From Candidatus Latescibacterota bacterium (lineage in GTDB: Bacteria; Latescibacterota; UBA2968), in the NCBI GenBank assembly GCA_038279365.1, contig JAYODI010000023.1, positions 1-64,000 of the forward strand: a stretch of DNA of 64,000 nucleotides, given 5' to 3'. A program made the translations under genes and the position numbers. This document shows, one piece after another, positions 61,247 to 64,000 of this stretch; position 1 is the first letter of the stretch; the number at the start of each line of letters is the position of its first letter. A model generated the notes under the pieces. The model saw only the letters and a program-made list of their open reading frames with translations, was not told the origin of the DNA and did not search any database.

Positions 61247-62236
61247 TTAACCCGCCAATGATGCCGGGTTTACAGGTTGGCCCAAGCGAGCCGATTCGTA
61301 GATACCATCCATCAACAAACTGTGATTGATGCCATTTTTTGTTCCAGCGGCCACTTCGGCATTGCCCAAAATGGTATCCACAAAATTGTTAATCGGATGC
61401 ACTTCGGGAATATCAATCTCTGGGTTTTCTGGCACATCTTTGGCATATACCCGAATCCAACTGCCACCCCACCCATCAATTTCAACCAAGCCATTTTCAA
61501 AAATAAAGGCCATATGTCGCCCACTCGATGCACAGTTCCCACTAATTGTAATATTGGCCAGCACCCCATTGGCAAAACGAATGCTCATCACACTGTTAAT
61601 ATCCACAGCGCAACCTTTGTTGTCTGTAAAAGCAAACACCGTTTCAGGTTCTGATTCCACACTCCACAACAAGCTGTTTAAAATGTGTGCCCCGCTGTCA
61701 TAAGCCTGTCCACCACCCGATAACGCAGGGTCTTGGCGCCATTTGCCAGCCGTGCCTTTCATCCAATTTTGCGAAATAAAACCCGTCACCATTTCCAATG
61801 GCCCAAAGGTCTGGTTCCGAATTTGTGCTCTCAAATATTGAAAGACTTGTTTGCTGGCGGTGTTATATCCCACAGCCACCACTTTGCCAAGTGCTTCTGC
61901 TTTTTCGGCCAACAAATACGCTTCTTTAGATGACGTGGTCATTGGTTTTTCCAAAAACACATGGCATCCTGCCTCTAATGCTTGCACGGCCTGCCCATAG
62001 TGCAAGGTATGTGGCGTTGCAATAATCACCGCATCCAAATTTTCAGCATCATACATTTTTTGTGGATCTGAATAACCATGAACCGGTTTGTCTTTAAAAA
62101 ACGCATCTTGCGCCGCCTGAATATTTTCAGGATTTACATCACACAAGGCCACAATACCAGCATCGGCACGATCAGCCAAATGTCCAAGATGTTTTTTAAT
62201 AATACCGCCACTGCCCACAACACCAATTTTAATCAT
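61247..62236 (-). CDS. Gfo/Idh/MocA oxidoreductase
   Basis: IGVVGSG, IATPHTLH, LEKP, WRQDPALSGGG. Confidence 0.92.
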   Translation of the reverse strand: MIKIGVVGSGGIIKKHLGHLADRADAGIVALCDVNPENIQAAQDAFFKDKPVHGYSDPQKMYDAENLDAVIIATPHTLHYGQAVQALEAGCHVFLEKPMTTSSKEAYLLAEKAEALGKVVAVGYNTASKQVFQYLRAQIRNQTFGPLEMVTGFISQNWMKGTAGKWRQDPALSGGGQAYDSGAHILNSLLWSVESEPETVFAFTDNKGCAVDINSVMSIRFANGVLANITISGNCASSGRHMAFIFENGLVEIDGWGGSWIRVYAKDVPENPEIDIPEVHPINNFVDTILGNAEVAAGTKNGINHSLLMDGIYESARLGQPVNPASLAG

Positions 62237-62294
62237 GTCCTACCCTTTCAAAAACCATCGTGAATAAAATCAAAAATGACCATCTCTACGGCAA

Positions 62295-63131
62295 TTACGC
62301 CACACAAGACCTCAATTTTTCCAAACCTTCTTTGGCCACTGCCACCGAGCCCTTTGCCCAATAGCTTTCATTAAACAATTCAAGCGACAACATCCCCTCA
62401 TATCCCACCCGCTTAAGCGCCACAACAAGTTCGGACCAATTGGCCAACCCATCACCAGGATATACACGATCTGCATCCGTAACGGTGTCTCGCCCTGGCG
62501 TTTCTGGGTAATCGTTTACATGAACAAGCCCCAATTTATTTGGTCCCAAATGTTCCAACCCACAAAAATGACCACTGCCCTTATACATATGATACACATC
62601 GGCCAAAAGCACTGTATTGGGGCGGCCACATTCGGCCGCTACCATCAACGCTTCACCCAACGTGCCCAACGTTTTGGCAATGCCCCAAAATTCCAAAATG
62701 GGTTTGGCCCGAAATGCAGCCACCTCATCCACAAGCTGGCCATAACGCTTTGCCACTGAAAACAGATTCACCTCGCGCGTATGAATACCAAAAGGGGGCG
62801 CTGCAACATACGTGCAATTTAACGCATCGGCCATTTCAAAACACCGGCGTGCTTCTGCAAAACCCAAAACCCGCCGATCATCTTCCGGAACCGCCCACTC
62901 AGGAAAAGCGATCAAGTTGACAATTTGAATGCCTCTATCAGACGCTTTTTTTTGTAAATCGGCCAATGTGCCACCGTTGGCCACCCACGCATCTATCTCT
63001 TTTACCCATGGCTCTATACCATCATACCCCGCATCGGCGGCAATATCAATCGCATCCATCACCGATGTGTTTTCATTGCGAATGGTGCTGGTGTTCAAAC
63101 AATACAAAAAACCCATATCTCTTTGCGCCAC
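62295..63131 (-). CDS. sugar phosphate isomerase/epimerase (TIM barrel)
   Basis: GYDGIE, LEF, DVYH, HVND, RVYPGDG, SLELF; start may be the later ATG. Confidence 0.88.
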   Translation of the reverse strand: MAQRDMGFLYCLNTSTIRNENTSVMDAIDIAADAGYDGIEPWVKEIDAWVANGGTLADLQKKASDRGIQIVNLIAFPEWAVPEDDRRVLGFAEARRCFEMADALNCTYVAAPPFGIHTREVNLFSVAKRYGQLVDEVAAFRAKPILEFWGIAKTLGTLGEALMVAAECGRPNTVLLADVYHMYKGSGHFCGLEHLGPNKLGLVHVNDYPETPGRDTVTDADRVYPGDGLANWSELVVALKRVGYEGMLSLELFNESYWAKGSVAVAKEGLEKLRSCVA

Positions 63132-63144
63132 CTTTCCGAAATGC

Positions 63145-63381
63145 TCACTTTTTGTTTTCTATTTTTTTTCGTCTTTCAAATTGTGCCTCATACAAATCAA
63201 TAGGCATCACACCCTCTTCCAATGGCTCTATCCAAATCCCATCTTTTGTTTTTTGTGCTTCATAACCCGCCACACCAATCACATTCACCTGTGGCCATTT
63301 TTCAGGTGCGGCTTGTACCTTCTCACCATTGTGCCGAATATTCCACACCGTTGTACGCACCGCCGATCCAAATGCGCACAA
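63145..63381 (-). CDS. small hypothetical protein
   Basis: Fills the operon gap; SD AAGGAG upstream. Confidence 0.5.
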   Translation of the reverse strand: MCAFGSAVRTTVWNIRHNGEKVQAAPEKWPQVNVIGVAGYEAQKTKDGIWIEPLEEGVMPIDLYEAQFERRKKIENKK

Positions 63382-63396
63382 CCCACTCCTTCGTGA

Positions 63397-63999
63397 TTAG
63401 TCAAAAAAAGTGACATCTTCATCTTTTAAATATGGTTTGGCTGCCTCTGGAATCAAATTCACGCCCATACCTGGTCGGTCCCACACCTCAATGTGGCTAT
63501 TGACCACAATAGGGTTGGGCAAACCATCCACAATGTCATACCACCAACTGGGGCTGCCTGTTGGATATTCAAATGCAATATAATTCTGGGGCATGGTAGC
63601 CGCCACCTGCACCAAGGCCGCCAATCCAAGCAGCCCATCCCCAGTGCCATGAGGGGCCATCAAAATACCGTGTAAGTCGGCATATTCGGCAATCCATTTC
63701 AACTCTGCAATCCCTCCCACATCGCACGGATCTGGGCCAATAATGTTCACGGCCTTTTGCTCGATCAGGTCTTTAAAGTTTTCACGCAAATATATTTGCT
63801 CGCCCGTATGAATGGGGGTGGTGGTTGCCCGTGTCACTTCGCGATATTGATCGGGTGCCACCCACGGCACATAATCCCCCGTGAGCAGATCTTCCAACCA
63901 CATCACATTGAGGGGTTCTACGGCCTTTGCCAAACGGATGGCATCGGGCACCATAAAACCTGGCCCACAATCCAATGCCAAACCCACCTCATCTCCCAA
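63397..63999 (-). CDS. mandelate racemase/enolase-superfamily dehydratase (5' end outside the window)
   Basis: WLED, HTGEQ, PD..DVGGI, APH, RPGMGV. Confidence 0.88.
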   Translation of the reverse strand: MGDEVGLALDCGPGFMVPDAIRLAKAVEPLNVMWLEDLLTGDYVPWVAPDQYREVTRATTTPIHTGEQIYLRENFKDLIEQKAVNIIGPDPCDVGGIAELKWIAEYADLHGILMAPHGTGDGLLGLAALVQVAATMPQNYIAFEYPTGSPSWWYDIVDGLPNPIVVNSHIEVWDRPGMGVNLIPEAAKPYLKDEDVTFFD

Positions 64000-64000
64000 C

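Noticed and set aside
1-64000. CRISPR arrays, transposases, integrases, prophage or defence genes; many nested or antisense ORFs in the track
   Set aside because: No spacer-separated direct repeats or such protein motifs seen; the nested ORFs are shadows of well-supported genes.

Overview
Bacterial chromosomal window. The many PhyH dioxygenases, BNR proteins and a DUF6785-like membrane protein suggest a Latescibacterota/Poribacteria-like heterotroph (inference). From left to right it contains: (1) a ~870-nt non-coding region with a leftward sigma54 promoter; (2) six tandem paralogous O-antigen-ligase/OTase-like (Wzy_C) + TPR genes; (3) rpsT; (4) a minus-strand cysteine cluster (cysH, cysM, JAMM peptidase, GGR-like flavoprotein, CysO-like carrier, Rrf2, cysK); (5) tRNA-Lys, an HlyD adaptor, ppdK, parAB, SulP, UDG and ftsY; (6) a sulfur/selenium locus: iscS, mrp, a rhodanese-MoeB with an in-frame UGA (probable Sec), a putative selenate ABC transporter and two thioredoxin-fold genes; (7) ~25 kb of catabolic genes. 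Best discovery candidate: an unannotated 49-codon leader ORF (33994-34143) with an in-frame UGA and a SECIS-like hairpin. It overlaps an antiterminator that is mutually exclusive with an intrinsic terminator just upstream of the putative selenate transporter, i.e. a candidate selenocysteine-sensing transcription attenuator. All pairings and family calls were made by eye, without folding software or database searches.
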